In this document: one piece after another, positions 1 through 13,572 of the stretch | How the letters are laid out: the number at the start of each line of letters is the position of its first letter | Position numbering within the stretch: position 1 is the stretch's first letter | Origin: Paecilomyces variotii | Taxonomy: Eukaryota | DNA length: 64,000 nucleotides | Assembly: GCA_004022145.1 (NCBI GenBank) | Contig: RCNU01000004.1 | Reading direction: 5' to 3' (one strand) | The notes under the pieces: generated by a model | Told to the model about the DNA's origin: nothing | Databases searched by the model: none | What the model saw: the letters and a program-made list of their open reading frames with translations, nothing else | Made by a program: the position numbers and the translations under genes

Positions 1-3000
1 CGATCCTTTTCTCCTCTCTTTGTATCCTCACCGGCTAAAGGACAGGAAGAATCAGAGAATGAGGATGCAGCTATCGATGCAGGAGAGAATGGGAAGTCTA
101 AATCAAATAGCCGCTTCTTGGCGCTGGTCGCTCAGAAGCGAAAGGAGAGAGAAGAGAAGGAGCGCCTCGAAGCTGAGAAAAAAGCAGCTAGGCTGGAGAA
201 GATGAAGCAGTTCAGTTCTGATATTTTATCAGGCGAGGACAGCGACGATGGCACCGGACAGCGATTGTCCCAGAAACCTCGTCCTGCTCGCAAAGCTAGC
301 AAAAAGGCCCTGGAGGAGATGAACCGAGAGACGCAGAGAATCAGCAGAAATATGCAGCTTGCACACGAAGCACGAACTAAAAAGAAGATCACCAAAGAGA
401 GCTTCTTTGCTCGATTCAACTTCATGCAGCCGCAGGGCCAAGATGAGTCCACCCACGCACAGGATAACTCTTCCACGACCGCTGGCTCTCAGCATTCTTC
501 CGACGTCGAAGCGCAGAAGGACAAGACAACTCCGCCAACATCGCCAGCCCGAGCACCGTCGCCAGATAAACCGGCTGATGCCGCAACTTCTGAGCAGGCG
601 AATCAGTCTCAGCTGGCGGAACGGGAGGTTACTAATTATGAAGCAGAACTCCCTTCTGTGGAAGAACTCCTTACGCAGCCACTCCCATCCCAGGAGCCCA
701 CTCTTATTGCACAGGCTATGGTCCAGGCAGAAGAAAGTAAGCCAGAGCCTACAAAGAAGGATACAAAACCACTCCGACGAGCCCTTACAAAGCCTCCTGT
801 TCGTGTGCAGTTATCTCGACAATTTGTAGCCGAACACCAGAAGGATGACTCCGACGATGACCTTGAAGTAATTACGTCACCTGCAAAGACTCGCCGCATT
901 GCTGTCTTTGAAAACCTGCCGTCGAAACAGGCCCAAGAATCGGCCTCTATGCTTAAACTCAAGGCCCTGGCTCACTTGACCTCACCCACTCGTCGGAGTA
1001 CGTCAATGTCCCCAGCGGAGCTGTCCGCTGTCCTGCGTATCCAGGCACGACAGCAGGCTGCAAAGGAGAGGGCTGAGAGGATCGAAGAGCTGCGAGCGAA
1101 GGGAATCCATATCGAGACAGCTGAGGAACGTGCCGCAATGGATGCTGAGGTTGAAGATCTGGTGGAAAAGGCAAGAAAGGAAGCGGATGAAATCAGAAAA
1201 CAAGAGCGGGAGGCATCAAAGGCCGGCAAGCCCAAAACTATCGAACTTGATAGCGAAGAGGACGAAGACTACGAATTTTCAGACGAAGATGATGATGGGG
1301 AAGCGGAAGACGAGGAAGAGGAAGATGCAGATGATGAAAATCTTGTTGAAAATGAAGCTGGAGAAGCCGGGGAATCCGAGGAGTCTGAAGAAGAACCAAT
1401 GGAGGAGGATGACTCGGACGTTGAAATGGAAGCTACCGTCTCAACCCGAAGAAAGCGTCCTCTGAGAGTCGTCAGTGATGATGAAGATGAAGAGCAAGAA
1501 CCGGCGACTCCTGCGAGAACCGTCACACAACGTCCAGAATCCATCAAGAAACCTACTTTCCCGGACATGCCAAATTCCAACGACTTCACCATGGGTCTAA
1601 GTCAAGCATTTGCAGCTACATTAGGCGGTAGCCAGTCTGAGAATCAACAGGAGTCGCCTGCAATCCTCGGCAGTCTCCCAGACCCTGCTGGAGCTTCAGC
1701 TGGAGTCCAGGAAACGGATCCTGAAGTACTCGTGAAGGACAGTCAGGGACGAAGAGAATCTGTTGACATTCTTCACGGCTTGACCCAATCTCAAACTCGC
1801 ATTTCGGAATCTCCTGGTCCGAAGATATTCTCGCAATATTCTCAGATACCAGATCCGACCCAAGATGAAGGATTTGTGATGTCACCATTCGACCAGTCTA
1901 AACGCTTTGTTGAACCCCCAGTGTCGACTGTTGAGACAGTTCTCCTACCTCGGGATGAATCGCCAGTCGCAAAGAAAAGCAGGGTTCTACGACGTGGACA
2001 CCGTGCTGAAACTGTGGATGCTGATGACAACGGTTTTGAGATTGAGGCGAGCGCTTTCGACGTCATGCGGAAGGCAGCAAAGAAAAAGAAAGAAGCTGTT
2101 CTGTTTGACAAGAACAAGTCCAAGGCAAAGGAAATTGTGGATGAAGTAGCGGAGGAGTCTGAGGATGAATACGCCGGTTTAGGAGGTGCAAGCGATGATG
2201 AAGACGCGGGTGAAGAAGACGAGTACGATCGGGACATGATCAATGACAACAGCGGTGAAGTTGTCGATGAGAAAGAGCTGGCTGCACTCAACGCGTACGT
2301 TTTGCATTTTCTTATCATGAATGGTTATATACTGACTTGCTTTCAGGAACCACCAGCGTGCTATGGACGAGAAACAGGTCTCCAAGCTGCTGAGGGATAT
2401 CACCACTGGTGCTCTTCGCCGTCGGCGTGCTGCAGATGACGAGTTCGATCTGGATGATTCCGACGACGAGTTGATGGCCCGTCGACGTGCCAAACAGAGG
2501 GAGTTCGCCAAGATGCGTAAAGCTCTTCTGGCTGACGAGAAAATCGGAGAGATAGCGGAGAATCCGAAGAAGGCAGCCTTCTTCAAGGCAATCGAGGACC
2601 GTGATCAAGATGACGATATGGACCTGGACTTCCTCGACGAGCATACTGACTCGCGGGAGCACGATTCCTCTCAGGATGTCCAAGCAGAACCCGCTTATGA
2701 CGAGCCTGCCACAGCAGGAAGCAAGCGGAAGAGACCACTCGAGCCCTCCGCAGCTGATATCGCTAATCGCCCTCCGCCTCACCTCCGTCGCACTCCGGCT
2801 AATGCTGTCTCAAGGAAGCCATCGACCCTGGCTGAGATCCGGGAGACTGTTTCATTCCTCACAGAGACCCCGGAGTACGACTCTTTCCATGAGGACGCCT
2901 CAATAGAGGAGGAGGAGGATGAGCAAGAAATCAACGAGGTGACGGATTCGACAGCCGATGAAGAAGATGGTCGGATTTCTCAGGATGGATTTGCAATCCC

Positions 3001-3430
3001 CCGAAACCCTCGTCGCACTCGCGGTCCTGTAGTAGATCGCCTTTCTCTACTGCGCCAGGCATCATCCAATTCTGCATCTTCCGCCAACAGCAAGCTGGCC
3101 TTCCAGTCAGCATCTGCAGTCGACCCGGTTTCTAAGATTGGTTTCCGACTTCCTGCATTATTGCGCCGCTCCACCACCGGCTCTTCAACTACATCGACAT
3201 CATCGGTATCCTCAGGTTCTAATTCCTCGCGGACAAAGACTGGCCCGGTTCCTGCTGCTGCGCACGGGAAGAAGGGAGCTGTGAACTATTACACAGCTGC
3301 CCGAGAACGAGAAAGAGAGAAGGAACTGAGAATGAAGCAGAGAGGCAGTGGCTCGAATATCAATGCGCTCTTGATCAAACACGCTGGCGGTTCTCTAGGA
3401 TCACTCGTCGGGAAGGGACAATGGGAGTGA
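1..3430 (+). CDS. MRC1: Mediator of replication checkpoint protein 1 (Mrc1/Claspin-like); 5' end lies outside the window; intron 2295-2346
   Basis: Long acidic, low-complexity ORF with an MRC1-like motif (EIVDEVAEESEDEYAGLGGASDDED...DMINDN...D.KQVSKLLRDITTGALRRRR). Intron GTACGT...CTGAC...CAG joins the two ORFs in frame (LNA|NHQRAMDEK). Confidence 0.88.
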
Positions 3431-3633
3431 AGGACCTCTGGGAATTTAATGATGGAATTATACCCGCGAGAAGTTGTCATGAATTTTCACGGACCGGCTC
3501 TGTACTCATTGGATACGGCGTTTTATCAATTTGGCGTTGTGCGAATATAGTTCTATAGTTAAGGGTAACTTGGATGAGTAGTAGTGTTGAAATACAACAA
3601 CATGCTGCAGTATAATTGATTGGTCTCTCCAAA

Positions 3634-4444
3634 CTAAATAAAATGAGAATGACACTCAGAGAGGGTGTCAATAGAGCGACAGTCACGAATAACAGCTTCG
3701 ATAATATCCAAATGCTTTTGTTCAGTGGAACCCCAGTCCCAGCTTTTAACCGACCGAACTGCTTCCTCGACCCTCTTTTGAAAATCCTCCTCACTTTCCT
3801 GACTTTCATCATAGTCATATGAATCCTGAAAAATAAAGTAGCTTATAAAGCAAACAAGATCTGACTCCACTTTGAGCCTGTTGATATCGCCAACTGGACA
3901 CTTGAGAAGATAGCATATCAAGGACAACATATAATTTGGAGGTTTAGGTGTCAAAATTTTTTGATTCAAGTCGAAGGTAGATATGACCTCCACTGTATCC
4001 TCGAGAGTAAGACCGACGAACGAGAGAGGGTACAGATGTATCGTCATTGGGAAGCGATAATATTCGCCATTTATATTGTGTATGAGTGCCTTTGTCTCCC
4101 ATTCTCCTCTAGATGCAAGTAGTTCAGAAGGAGGGGCCAAGGGAAATCCGTGGTCTAAGAGCGTTCGAGACGCGAGCGATAATTGATCGTCAGGCACGAT
4201 CCACTCAACAGTCTAGAGGCTCATAAGTCAGAACATCAGTTTTGAGGTTGAATATATGTTTCTCAAACGTTACCTGAAGTACCACTGGGCAGCCGATACG
4301 GTGCATCAGCTGTTGTCCATACTCAACAATCATGATGTCTCTGTCCCGAAGACATTTTGCGGCCTCGGCGATAAGCTCCCGATCTCCTTTGAAGGGTCGC
4401 GGAGACTTGCGAGGTGGAGTGTTGCTGTGTTGCGGAGACTCCAT
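3634..4444 (-). CDS. Hypothetical fungal protein, 2 exons (intron 4213-4273); possibly nucleotidyltransferase-like fold
   Basis: A GTAACG...TAG intron joins the 4205-4444 and 3634-4197 ORFs in frame (GCPVVLQ|TVEWIVPDDQLSLAS). The fold guess is inference only. Confidence 0.6.
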
Positions 4445-6001
4445 TGTGAGATATAAACGCTGGTCAAGACCGGACTGATTCGAAGTGCATGTAATCAGGA
4501 TGAAGATTTAGATATGGTAAAACTGCTAAAATCTTTGGTTCAAAGTGCCACAGCTGGATGAGCGAGACGACATCTACTCGCATTATCATTGCAAGTGTAA
4601 ACAGCGCCGACCTAGTAGGTTATCGTAGGGACTAATTATTTCCTATTCCTCCCAGCTCGCATAGTGAAGTCTTCCCGTGAAGGCCCACGCCTTGCCTTTC
4701 GGATTCATCGCGTACCCCCTCCTCGGGCATAAAAAGGCGTCTCTGCCCCCTTCCTCTTTGTCTTCCTTTCTCCTCCTCGCGCATAATGGGCCGGCTGTAT
4801 CACTCCTTTATGGCCTGGGCCCAGTGTGCTGGCTTTTCTTAGTGCATTCTTCAATCCCACTTCATGTATAGAACATTGGCATTTATTCAGTAACAAATTC
4901 TATATTGAGGTATAAATATTTCTTAAGGTGGCTTGCATCGTCCGATTCGTAATCATCATTGCTTTTCTTCTTTATTTAATAAAAGAAGCCTCGAAGCTGT
5001 TCCAGCTGATATTGGGTGAAGTACTTCGGAGGAATCATGAGTTTTTTTTCAGCATGACATCCAGCAACAAGTTGATCATCAAAGGTTGTCAGTTAATTCC
5101 TCGTTTCTTTCGTTCTTTTTGACCAATAAGTGTGACAATATTTGCTAACTTATTGCTTTTCAGGGGTTACAGGGACTGAAATTTGCAGTCGAACTGCTTC
5201 GAGGTGGAAGCGACGAGCAGCTGAAATTACCCAATGCGAGTTCTGTACCAGTGGATGCAAATTTCTGACAAATGACGCGGGCGAGGGTTATGGAGATATA
5301 TAAAGTTCGTCTAAAGTTCCTCTATCACTTTCTTTTTGATTCACATGAAAGTTTCGAGTCCCAATTCTACATTCGTCGGCTCTTGTTCTGACAAAGCTAG
5401 AAAGGTGGATGCATATCGCAGGGTCTACGCGTCCTCGGAGCATTACCAGGGCCAGCGATGACTTAGAAGACATTAGAGTCATTTGATGGCTTTAAGCCAG
5501 TCGACCAAAAAGAAGAACTCCTCGTTAGTCTGACCTGGATCTGAGACCATTCTTTGCTAGTTATGGTGAAAACGGAAGTGCCTTTGCCGGGCACACTGGA
5601 TATGACATTGACAGTTAACTCGCCGCAACGCAAGTTATTCAAGATGGAAGGAGGAACTCGGACCGACGCTATTCGCCTACTGCAGAGCCTCGGGGGGATG
5701 TTTAATGCAACCTGACCAGCAATTTGCGTTAGTTATGGGTGTTAGGAATATTCTAATCAATTTGGGGCCTATCAAGAGAAGCCCAAGGGCGAACTGTTCC
5801 CGGGCATCTGCTTGCTATGTGCAAAAAAAAAATCGTGAGGTTCAGCCTCTGCTTGAGACAATGATGGAGAAGGAGAACTTTGCCATGGTTGAGAATTGAG
5901 ATGAGCAGGACTCAGGAAACGGACAGGGGAAAGTCTGAGGCGGATATAATTAAGCAACTCTGGAGGGGAAATGGATCATAACCATTGGCACATGTTTGTG
6001 C

Positions 6002-6976
6002 TCAGTCCCTGTCAACAGCATATGCCTCCAACTTGGGAAGCAATTCCTCCAAAGTCGATATTTTAGCAGCGTCATCGGGGCCCTCGTTGTTATCACGAAG
6101 GAGAAGAAAGCTCTTCCAACCCGCATTCAGAGCGCCCTTATAATCTTGCTCATAGTTGTCACCAACATGCACACAGGTCCAGTCATCCGTATTAGTTGCT
6201 TCTGCAGACACGCCCAGAAACGATGATGCTTGCCTCTTGGCGACCTGAAATATTAGCGGATGCGGTTTTTCTTCACCTGCCTCGTAGCTCGTAATAATCA
6301 TGTTGATATCGTTGTACTGTGAACTATCTGAAGACGAGCCTTCTACGCCCTCTTCGAAGCCCGGCAGTTCCATACTAGATCTACCCTGGTCTGCACGAAC
6401 ATTCCCGACTTTCAGTCCCAATGACTTCAGAACGGCAGGTACGCGATCGTCTGAATTGGAGATTACTCCAACCACTGTCCGTGAGAATAATCCATGTTTA
6501 TCATTCCCGCTAGTGTTCCGTAGAGCTCTTAATCGTTCAAAGAAGGGCTCCACATCCGGGTATAGCGCATACCCCTCCTTGCTAGCGAAGCGATCGAGAA
6601 GACTCTCAACCAACCCGTCCGGAAGCTGGACCTCCTCCTCATTATTATGTACACCCCCAAGGCTGTGACCATCTGCTCTGATGACACGAGTAAAACTACC
6701 TTTTATGACCTCTCCCCACCATTGTCGCGGGCCTCCGTAGCGACCGTTGAGGACTTCCTGCCTTCCATAGTTCGGCCAGCGCTTGCTCTGCGCCTTGTAT
6801 GTCTCTTTGAACGCTGTCTTGATTTTCGAAGGAGTGACGACGCTAGGTGATAGTCCAAACGAATGAGCCGTTGAAGCGTATTGTTCTGGGACCGCAGGAC
6901 GCGGGTGGAAGACTGTCGAGAAAGCGTCAAAGGTAAGAAGGAGAGTCCGGCTTCCGTTCGAAGTCGTGAGAGTCAT
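6002..6976 (-). CDS. HAD-superfamily hydrolase (HDHD3/Dpi35-like)
   Basis: Motif I TFDAFST, motif II VISNSD, and EEKP...IF and HVGD...DY.GA..AGW motifs; intronless 324 aa ORF. Confidence 0.88.
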   Translation of the reverse strand: MTLTTSNGSRTLLLTFDAFSTVFHPRPAVPEQYASTAHSFGLSPSVVTPSKIKTAFKETYKAQSKRWPNYGRQEVLNGRYGGPRQWWGEVIKGSFTRVIRADGHSLGGVHNNEEEVQLPDGLVESLLDRFASKEGYALYPDVEPFFERLRALRNTSGNDKHGLFSRTVVGVISNSDDRVPAVLKSLGLKVGNVRADQGRSSMELPGFEEGVEGSSSDSSQYNDINMIITSYEAGEEKPHPLIFQVAKRQASSFLGVSAEATNTDDWTCVHVGDNYEQDYKGALNAGWKSFLLLRDNNEGPDDAAKISTLEELLPKLEAYAVDRD

Positions 6977-8210
6977 TGAGTGTTTATCCGGTTCCGTGAC
7001 TTCGTGAGGAAGAATCAGAGTGGGGTTGTTGCGCGAGAAGCAGCGAAACTGAAGTTGATCGATTGAAATTCTGATATGTCTCTTTCAGTTGACGTCGAGA
7101 AATTGAGAGTCCTGTTAGTTTCCGCTAAGATAAAGCTACCTTGGTCCGTGCTACGTCTCACTATGATTTAGCTTATGGCCCGACTTGAGAGTCTAACCCG
7201 CCTTGAGTTACTCTGTATCACTTACTGCTATTCTATATAAAAGATTTCTGGCCTGTTTGCCGATTCATCCTTTGACGCCCGAATTCGCTTGAAAATAGAC
7301 TGCTACGGACTTCACGCTACCGGGATGTAATATTCAGTGAGGTCACTACTATGTTGTATGCAGAAGACCTGACCTTGACGGGTCGATATCAAGATATACT
7401 GTAGATTCTTATCATCTGGATCTTGGTCGCGATGTTCTCAGAGTGGCATTCGACATCCGGCATCGATCCGTAATCTATCCTAGGATCAGGATGTGGAGGA
7501 TTTTGGTAATTTCGCGCACCTTATTTCCATGTGCTCTGGCTATTCAATGTTGATATATAGAAGCACCTGAGTACGGGACTACCAGGATGAGTTCTGTAGA
7601 ATTCAATAGAGCAAATTGGATCCGGCTATATGTGACTGACGGAAGTACTGTACATAGTACGTACAAACGTGCGTAACGCATCTTGTAGTTTCTCCATGAT
7701 GACATGGATCTTCTAGATGCAGACAATTTGTACGAGGGTACTATACTAACGCAATGGTGTTGTTGATGCGATATAGAGTACTACTTATGCCATGCCATAG
7801 TTGAACGCCGATTACCTGGATGGGTAAGGGTTTACGAAGGTGCCACGAAGCCAGACGCGCAGTTAGTGGAACACCAAATCTGGTTAAATCGCGAGGCAAA
7901 GCTCACTACCTATGTAGTAGTATGCACTGATAAGGCTCCACCAGATTTATAACTAGCTGAAGATCTTAAGCAACACGATGTAACCTCAGATCCTCGGAAA
8001 AAAGCCCAACGGCGTGGATGTCTTTGTTAGTCAGCGTGTGTTACAATGTCCTTTTTTGGCGGACGCGCCGCATCGGCCCGCCAATCGATACTTATCGCCT
8101 CTCTTTCTCTCATTTTCTGTTCTTTCTTTGTTTCTCGATATCTCGTCCTAACGTGTCCCATATCAAAATGGTCCCGTCCAGCGTCTCAGAGCATATGCCT
8201 TCATAGAACC

Positions 8211-9797
8211 ATGCTGTCCTTACTGGGCTTGATGGTCCATCTAGCGCTCCTGGTGGCCATAGCAGGAGCGCTGTCGCCGACCCCAGACTCATATGGCTCG
8301 TCGCAGTCGCAAAGGCTAAGATATGCCAACCATATCTTCAATGCGATCCACTCTTCCATGCGACAATGGGGTTCTTCGCTGAATCACAATGGAATGTCTT
8401 TCTTTTGGGCCACGGTTCCAGAGGGAACGGAATTGTATCATGGAACCCATCAACCGGAGCCAGTCAACGGCACAGAGTGGCTTGCCTTCGAGCCAGAGCA
8501 TGCGATGCTCTTCGCAGGCCCAAGGCCCAAGGGGTTTAAACCACCACATTTTCCAGGACAGCCAGGCGATATGCCTATGGAAAGAGACCCACTGTTCTCT
8601 AACGAACAGTCAGTCTTATCAGATTCGGAGTTGGAGGAGAGGCAGATCGAGGAAGATGAACGTCCTCCACCCATGGACTTGGAACAGGGCTGGCTCCACA
8701 CATATGCGGCGATTAAGGATCTGCGTCTTCTCTATATCGATGGCATGTCAGCTGCAAAGTCTGACAAGGGCGTCTACGACACGCAAGATCGGATCTTGCT
8801 CAATGACACGGTCGGCGGGCCCGGTTTCCTAGAATACGTTCGCGCTCAGGCCATTTGCAAGCTAGCGCAGGAGCGATGGGATGACCGTATCGACGGAGTC
8901 ATCCGGATGGAATCCGGCTTTGAGATCATTCTGTGCAACTTCCAGCGGGATCTGGAAGTGGTCAGAATCACTCGCGCGAAGAAATACGGTGCCGATAGGT
9001 TCACGCCGGGATTCGGGCTACCTCATGTGCCAGAGGATATGTTCCGGTTTTACAAAGCCATAGCGGATCGATATCATGGAATAGGAGGTCACCGTGTGCG
9101 ACTCAACTATGACAATTTCGTCACGGCGTTCTCTTACGATCTCGACCTCTTCCGGAGTGGTGACTTGCCACGGTTAGCCAATCTATCAACGACGTCGCTG
9201 GAGCCGATGAGGAAAGACCTTGTTGATCTCGTGATGAAGCATGATCCTACTGAAAAATCATTTGACTGGCAGGGAGTGGTCGATATGATCGTTCAACGTT
9301 ATTCCAACGAGCTGAAATATCTTGTCTCGGAAGATCTCTCCACCTCGAGACTCCTGCATAGAGAGCTAGATCGCATCTTGCGTGGATTCATTGATTTCGA
9401 TTACCGGAACACGACTGCCGAGATCGAAAGATGCGCAACCCAGTTTATTCCAAAGAAGGCCCCAAGGAATACGCTCGCCGGAGAAGTTGTCTATCATGTG
9501 TCACACAAGATTTGCTCAACACTCTTTTACGCTCTTGAAGAGCACGACCGCAAAGCTGCTGTCGAGTCGATCAATGACCTTGTTTCTTATCTCTCGTGGA
9601 CTACATGGAAAGAGTGCAATTGCTGCGCACCTAATGAGGTCTGTTTCATTCCTATATGGCCGGTCGGAACTTATGAGGACCGGGAACATCCTCGCTGTCG
9701 GGGAGAGATGCCTCCTCCTCCCAGAGAAGAAGAGAGGTACTGGGAGCTACCACCGCGGCCACATAAACGGAGACCACATCGAGAGAGCTCCTCATAA
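8211..9797 (+). CDS. Conserved hypothetical secreted/membrane protein (ORF is open from 8046; start uncertain)
   Basis: Intact long ORF. Hydrophobic signal-like segment MLSLLGLMVHLALLVAIAGA; motifs HIFNAIHSSMRQWGS, LYHG, WLAFEPEHA, DGMSAAK, DGVIRMESGFEIILC; Cys-rich C-terminus. Confidence 0.8.
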   Translation: MLSLLGLMVHLALLVAIAGALSPTPDSYGSSQSQRLRYANHIFNAIHSSMRQWGSSLNHNGMSFFWATVPEGTELYHGTHQPEPVNGTEWLAFEPEHAMLFAGPRPKGFKPPHFPGQPGDMPMERDPLFSNEQSVLSDSELEERQIEEDERPPPMDLEQGWLHTYAAIKDLRLLYIDGMSAAKSDKGVYDTQDRILLNDTVGGPGFLEYVRAQAICKLAQERWDDRIDGVIRMESGFEIILCNFQRDLEVVRITRAKKYGADRFTPGFGLPHVPEDMFRFYKAIADRYHGIGGHRVRLNYDNFVTAFSYDLDLFRSGDLPRLANLSTTSLEPMRKDLVDLVMKHDPTEKSFDWQGVVDMIVQRYSNELKYLVSEDLSTSRLLHRELDRILRGFIDFDYRNTTAEIERCATQFIPKKAPRNTLAGEVVYHVSHKICSTLFYALEEHDRKAAVESINDLVSYLSWTTWKECNCCAPNEVCFIPIWPVGTYEDREHPRCRGEMPPPPREEERYWELPPRPHKRRPHRESSS

Positions 9798-10032
9798 GCC
9801 TTTGCGTGTATTACTAATAAATAAAGATATCCCTTTACAGTATTTCTTGTTGGTTGCTACTGGTTTCATTGGAATCTTTGGCGCGAGATTATTACGGGGT
9901 CAAGGACTGTTTTTATATACTGTCTAGCGAGCGAACTTTTAACGATGGGACTGTTTGATCGTATATATTTCTTGCTCGTCATTCGCCCTCTATACAGTGG
10001 ATTCAAAGTTGCGACTTCGGGCAAGATACGTC

Positions 10033-11472
10033 TCATAGCTTCGCTCTTTGCTGTCCTAGCTTCGATGACCTTTCACGAACCGACTTCCAATACTTTTCTT
10101 TCAGCGGCAAGACACCAAACGCTATCTCTGCCCATTTATCGTCCCACGGTGGTAACTCATATGCATCACTTTCGGGTGCAGGTGGGCCCGCCAGGTTCAC
10201 CAAAAAATCAAAATATTCCTTGAAGTCGGGCTTGATCTCGTGAAAATTTGTGGAAGGACCTTTGTACTGCACCCGTTCCACTTCCCACAAATCCTGCTCC
10301 TGCAGACTGGGAAGAGGCTTTCCTCTTCCTGCGAAGTATCGTGCCACTGCAACAGCTTGGTACTCATAGACCCGGAAGCTAATTCCTGCACGAACCTGCC
10401 CGACTATCGCCAATGATGGATCACCGACCTTGAAGATGTGTTGGTAAAATCCTGCGAGACGGTTGTTCGGTGTGACAGGATCGGGTGTAAGGAAGGGATA
10501 TGACACGCGGAAACCGGTCCCAAAAATGACTTTATCGACATTATCGGCTTTATTTCCGTCCGCGAATTCGACATTGATTCCCGTTGGGGTGGTTTCGATA
10601 TTCTTGATTTGAGGTTTAACTTCCACATTTGGCAGATCCCATGCTGCCTGCAGCGCTTCGTTCTTCCCGCGTTGCGAGAGATATAGAGGGCCTTTAACAA
10701 GATGGTATATCTCTGAAACAATGTCAGCCGCCGAGACATTGCCTCCAACCACAACAACTTTCTTATTGATATAGTCATTCTGCGAACGGTACGATTTGGA
10801 GTGTTCAAAGCGGGTTGGATGGGCTTTGGACGCCTCATTCAGTCCAGGCACGTCGGGAATGAAGGGAATGTTGTAATGACCACTGGCGACAACAATGGCA
10901 TCGAAGTGCTCTTGCCACCAATAGTCCTGAGGCTGGCCGTGACGGAGCTGTCCTGTCCGTCGAAGGGTGACGGTCCATTTGTCACCGACTTTTTCGACCT
11001 TCTCGACTGTCGTATTGAACGATACGAGATGCAGATAGTCATGGAACAGATCCTCAAGCCACTGCGCTACCACGCGAAAGGGCCGTGTCGGATTTGAATT
11101 GCCGAATCGTTCGATTGACAGAGGAGAATTTGTTTCCGGTAGGGGCGTGTGAGTGAATGCCATGACTTTGGCGCCCACATTGCTATCCAAGCCTTCATAG
11201 ATACCTGTTCGGGCGGTTGTGTCTTCCGCGGCAGTTGGCGTGAACTGCGGGAACCGAGCTGGGATATCTTTAGCCTTCTGGCTGGTACTATTATCCTCAG
11301 GAAAAGGGAATACGTCTGGAACAGGATCATAGTTCCAGGTTCCTCCGACACGATCTCTTCGCTCAAACACGCGAATGGTGTCGAATATCTTTTCTTGGTG
11401 TAGAGCTCGAACGGCAGAAAGGCCGGAAGGGCCAGTCCCAATGACGGCGACAGTTCTATAGCGAGGACCCAT
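10033..11472 (-). CDS. Flavin-containing monooxygenase (class B FMO)
   Basis: FAD-binding GTGPSG, GGTW, VASGHY, FMO-type FEHSKSYR, NADPH-binding GGNVSA, and GTGF; ends in AKL. Confidence 0.92.
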   Translation of the reverse strand: MGPRYRTVAVIGTGPSGLSAVRALHQEKIFDTIRVFERRDRVGGTWNYDPVPDVFPFPEDNSTSQKAKDIPARFPQFTPTAAEDTTARTGIYEGLDSNVGAKVMAFTHTPLPETNSPLSIERFGNSNPTRPFRVVAQWLEDLFHDYLHLVSFNTTVEKVEKVGDKWTVTLRRTGQLRHGQPQDYWWQEHFDAIVVASGHYNIPFIPDVPGLNEASKAHPTRFEHSKSYRSQNDYINKKVVVVGGNVSAADIVSEIYHLVKGPLYLSQRGKNEALQAAWDLPNVEVKPQIKNIETTPTGINVEFADGNKADNVDKVIFGTGFRVSYPFLTPDPVTPNNRLAGFYQHIFKVGDPSLAIVGQVRAGISFRVYEYQAVAVARYFAGRGKPLPSLQEQDLWEVERVQYKGPSTNFHEIKPDFKEYFDFLVNLAGPPAPESDAYELPPWDDKWAEIAFGVLPLKEKYWKSVRERSSKLGQQRAKL

Positions 11473-13572
11473 TGCAACTTATAACACGATAACTTCTTTG
11501 GTAAATCCTTTGCGTAACGATATCAAGCAAAATAGAATACGATATACACCCCCAAAGGATCTCGCACCGAAAGAGCTCCCTCATGCGTCCATCCCATATC
11601 TTATAAATCCCAACCCAACCACTCCAGCTCCATTGCGCGACGCAGATCCACATTGTCGACATATCTACTAGCATGCAAGACAAATGATCCAGATGCATCG
11701 CGAAATACATTGAGAGTAATATAAGTAATATAGATAAGCAATCGACTGCAGCGATTGGAGCGGGGAAGGAAATGATGTTGTACCCGGTGTCCCTGACGTG
11801 ATCCACCCCGCGTATGAGTCTACGCAGACCTCGAAAGGAGGCCGAATAACTAGTATGTCAGTGCTGATAAATAGGTTTTACATCGTTGATAGAAATGGAA
11901 TTGAAATCTCAAGCATGTCTTAGGAATAAGGTAGTTTGTTACAGAGGTTCGATAATTTTGATGGATTATGGATTCAATGTGTATCTAACTACCTATGTAC
12001 ATATGTATAGTTGATGATATGTAAAAGAAAAAGAATGCATAATGTGGATTAGGTTAACTAGATTGGACCTGTGGTGTAAGCTGAGCTAAGCTTCACTTTC
12101 AATGCAACACCAATGATAGATGATTGAAACTTTCACGGGGATTTGAAGCTATGATCCTGCGTTGTTAAGTCTTAAGAAATGGGTCATGGCACCTTATAGA
12201 TTGTAGACACTTTATTAGATGGAAATATACAAAGAAATCATATCCACACAACGTCCCTAAAGGTCCTGAATATATATATATTTCCTTTCTTATTTCCGTT
12301 TGGCAGAAAGAGACTACTACCAAGTCCTTCAACGCCTGTAAGAGGAAAATGAAAGAGTGCAAACAGAATGACGTAGATCTTGGGGTCGAAACTATTCGCA
12401 TCGGAAATATGCCATGCCATATTTTGATAGTATTTACTTGCTCGTAGGACTGCCTTTATATCCGCAATCTGCTTCCGCTGGAAGCTTTATCCTATCCTAT
12501 ACTAATGAACCGCTAAGCTTGCTATGGAAAAAAAAAAAAAAAAGATGGCTTTGGCCTATAGTTTTATAGCCAAGTTTAGACCTCTCGTAGTATACGATAA
12601 GCAAACGACTCAAGTATTGCACCGTTTTTCTGCTTCCCTCACCCTGGGCCTCGTTTTCTGGCCGCTTTTATTGCCGACTATCTGCCTGCCATTCATCCAT
12701 CTATGACACGCGATAATCTGTTTCCTTGATTCTCTCCAGCCCGACACGCTATTGCCTTTTCTTTGCCCACTGTCCGATTCTCAGGCTGTTCTGGCTAGTA
12801 TTGGCAGCGAGGCGATCCGGTCGTCTGAGAACCTAGATAGTTGAGTCCTCAGCGTATCGCCTAGCTTCCTGTCAATAAGAAGTCATGACGCATAGTCCCC
12901 AATCATGGGTTAAATACCGCAGCGATGACCGAGAACCGACCGTCCTTTATGATTCGTGAATTTCTTAAAGACGATTTCTCGACAGGCACTTCGAAGCAGT
13001 ATTATTGAATACCAGGTACTTCTAATCCTTCTAATCCTTCTAGATCTTCTAGATCTTCCTGGCCGAGTTAGTGACTCTTACCAAAAGGATGTGATTTTTT
13101 ATGGGACTAAATAGATCCATCTACACTTATAAAAGTCCTCAACTCTCAGAGGCTCCCCCCCAAAGATATATCCTGATAGAGATAGGCTACTCTAGTAGAT
13201 GTCGGATAAATCTTTAAGGGTCCCTCCCCACACGAGGCCGGATTGTGGGGAGAAATGTGGGAACTCCGGTCATCGGACTGCGGCATCCAGCGCTCCCCAC
13301 GCCACGGATCGTTCATCTCAGCAGACGATGCTCTCTGTCCATCGCCACGGTGTGGGAGATCGGGCTAAAACAATGCCATCTCTTTCCCGGGAGCTTTACC
13401 GGGACATCAGACTGGAGCGCGATGCGGGGATTATTTGTTTCGTCACGTCTTAAACGTTCATAATTAAATCGATACCCCTCCTGTTCTTACTGTTTGCTTC
13501 TTACGCATTGTATATAAGTTAACACATTTCATCTGCCTGTCTTGTCCCCTAACAAAACATTGAGCAATCGAA

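Noticed and set aside
7648-7663. 16-bp match CTGTACATAGTACGTA, also at about 61359
   Set aside because: Low-complexity GTAC-type motif; no extended homology.
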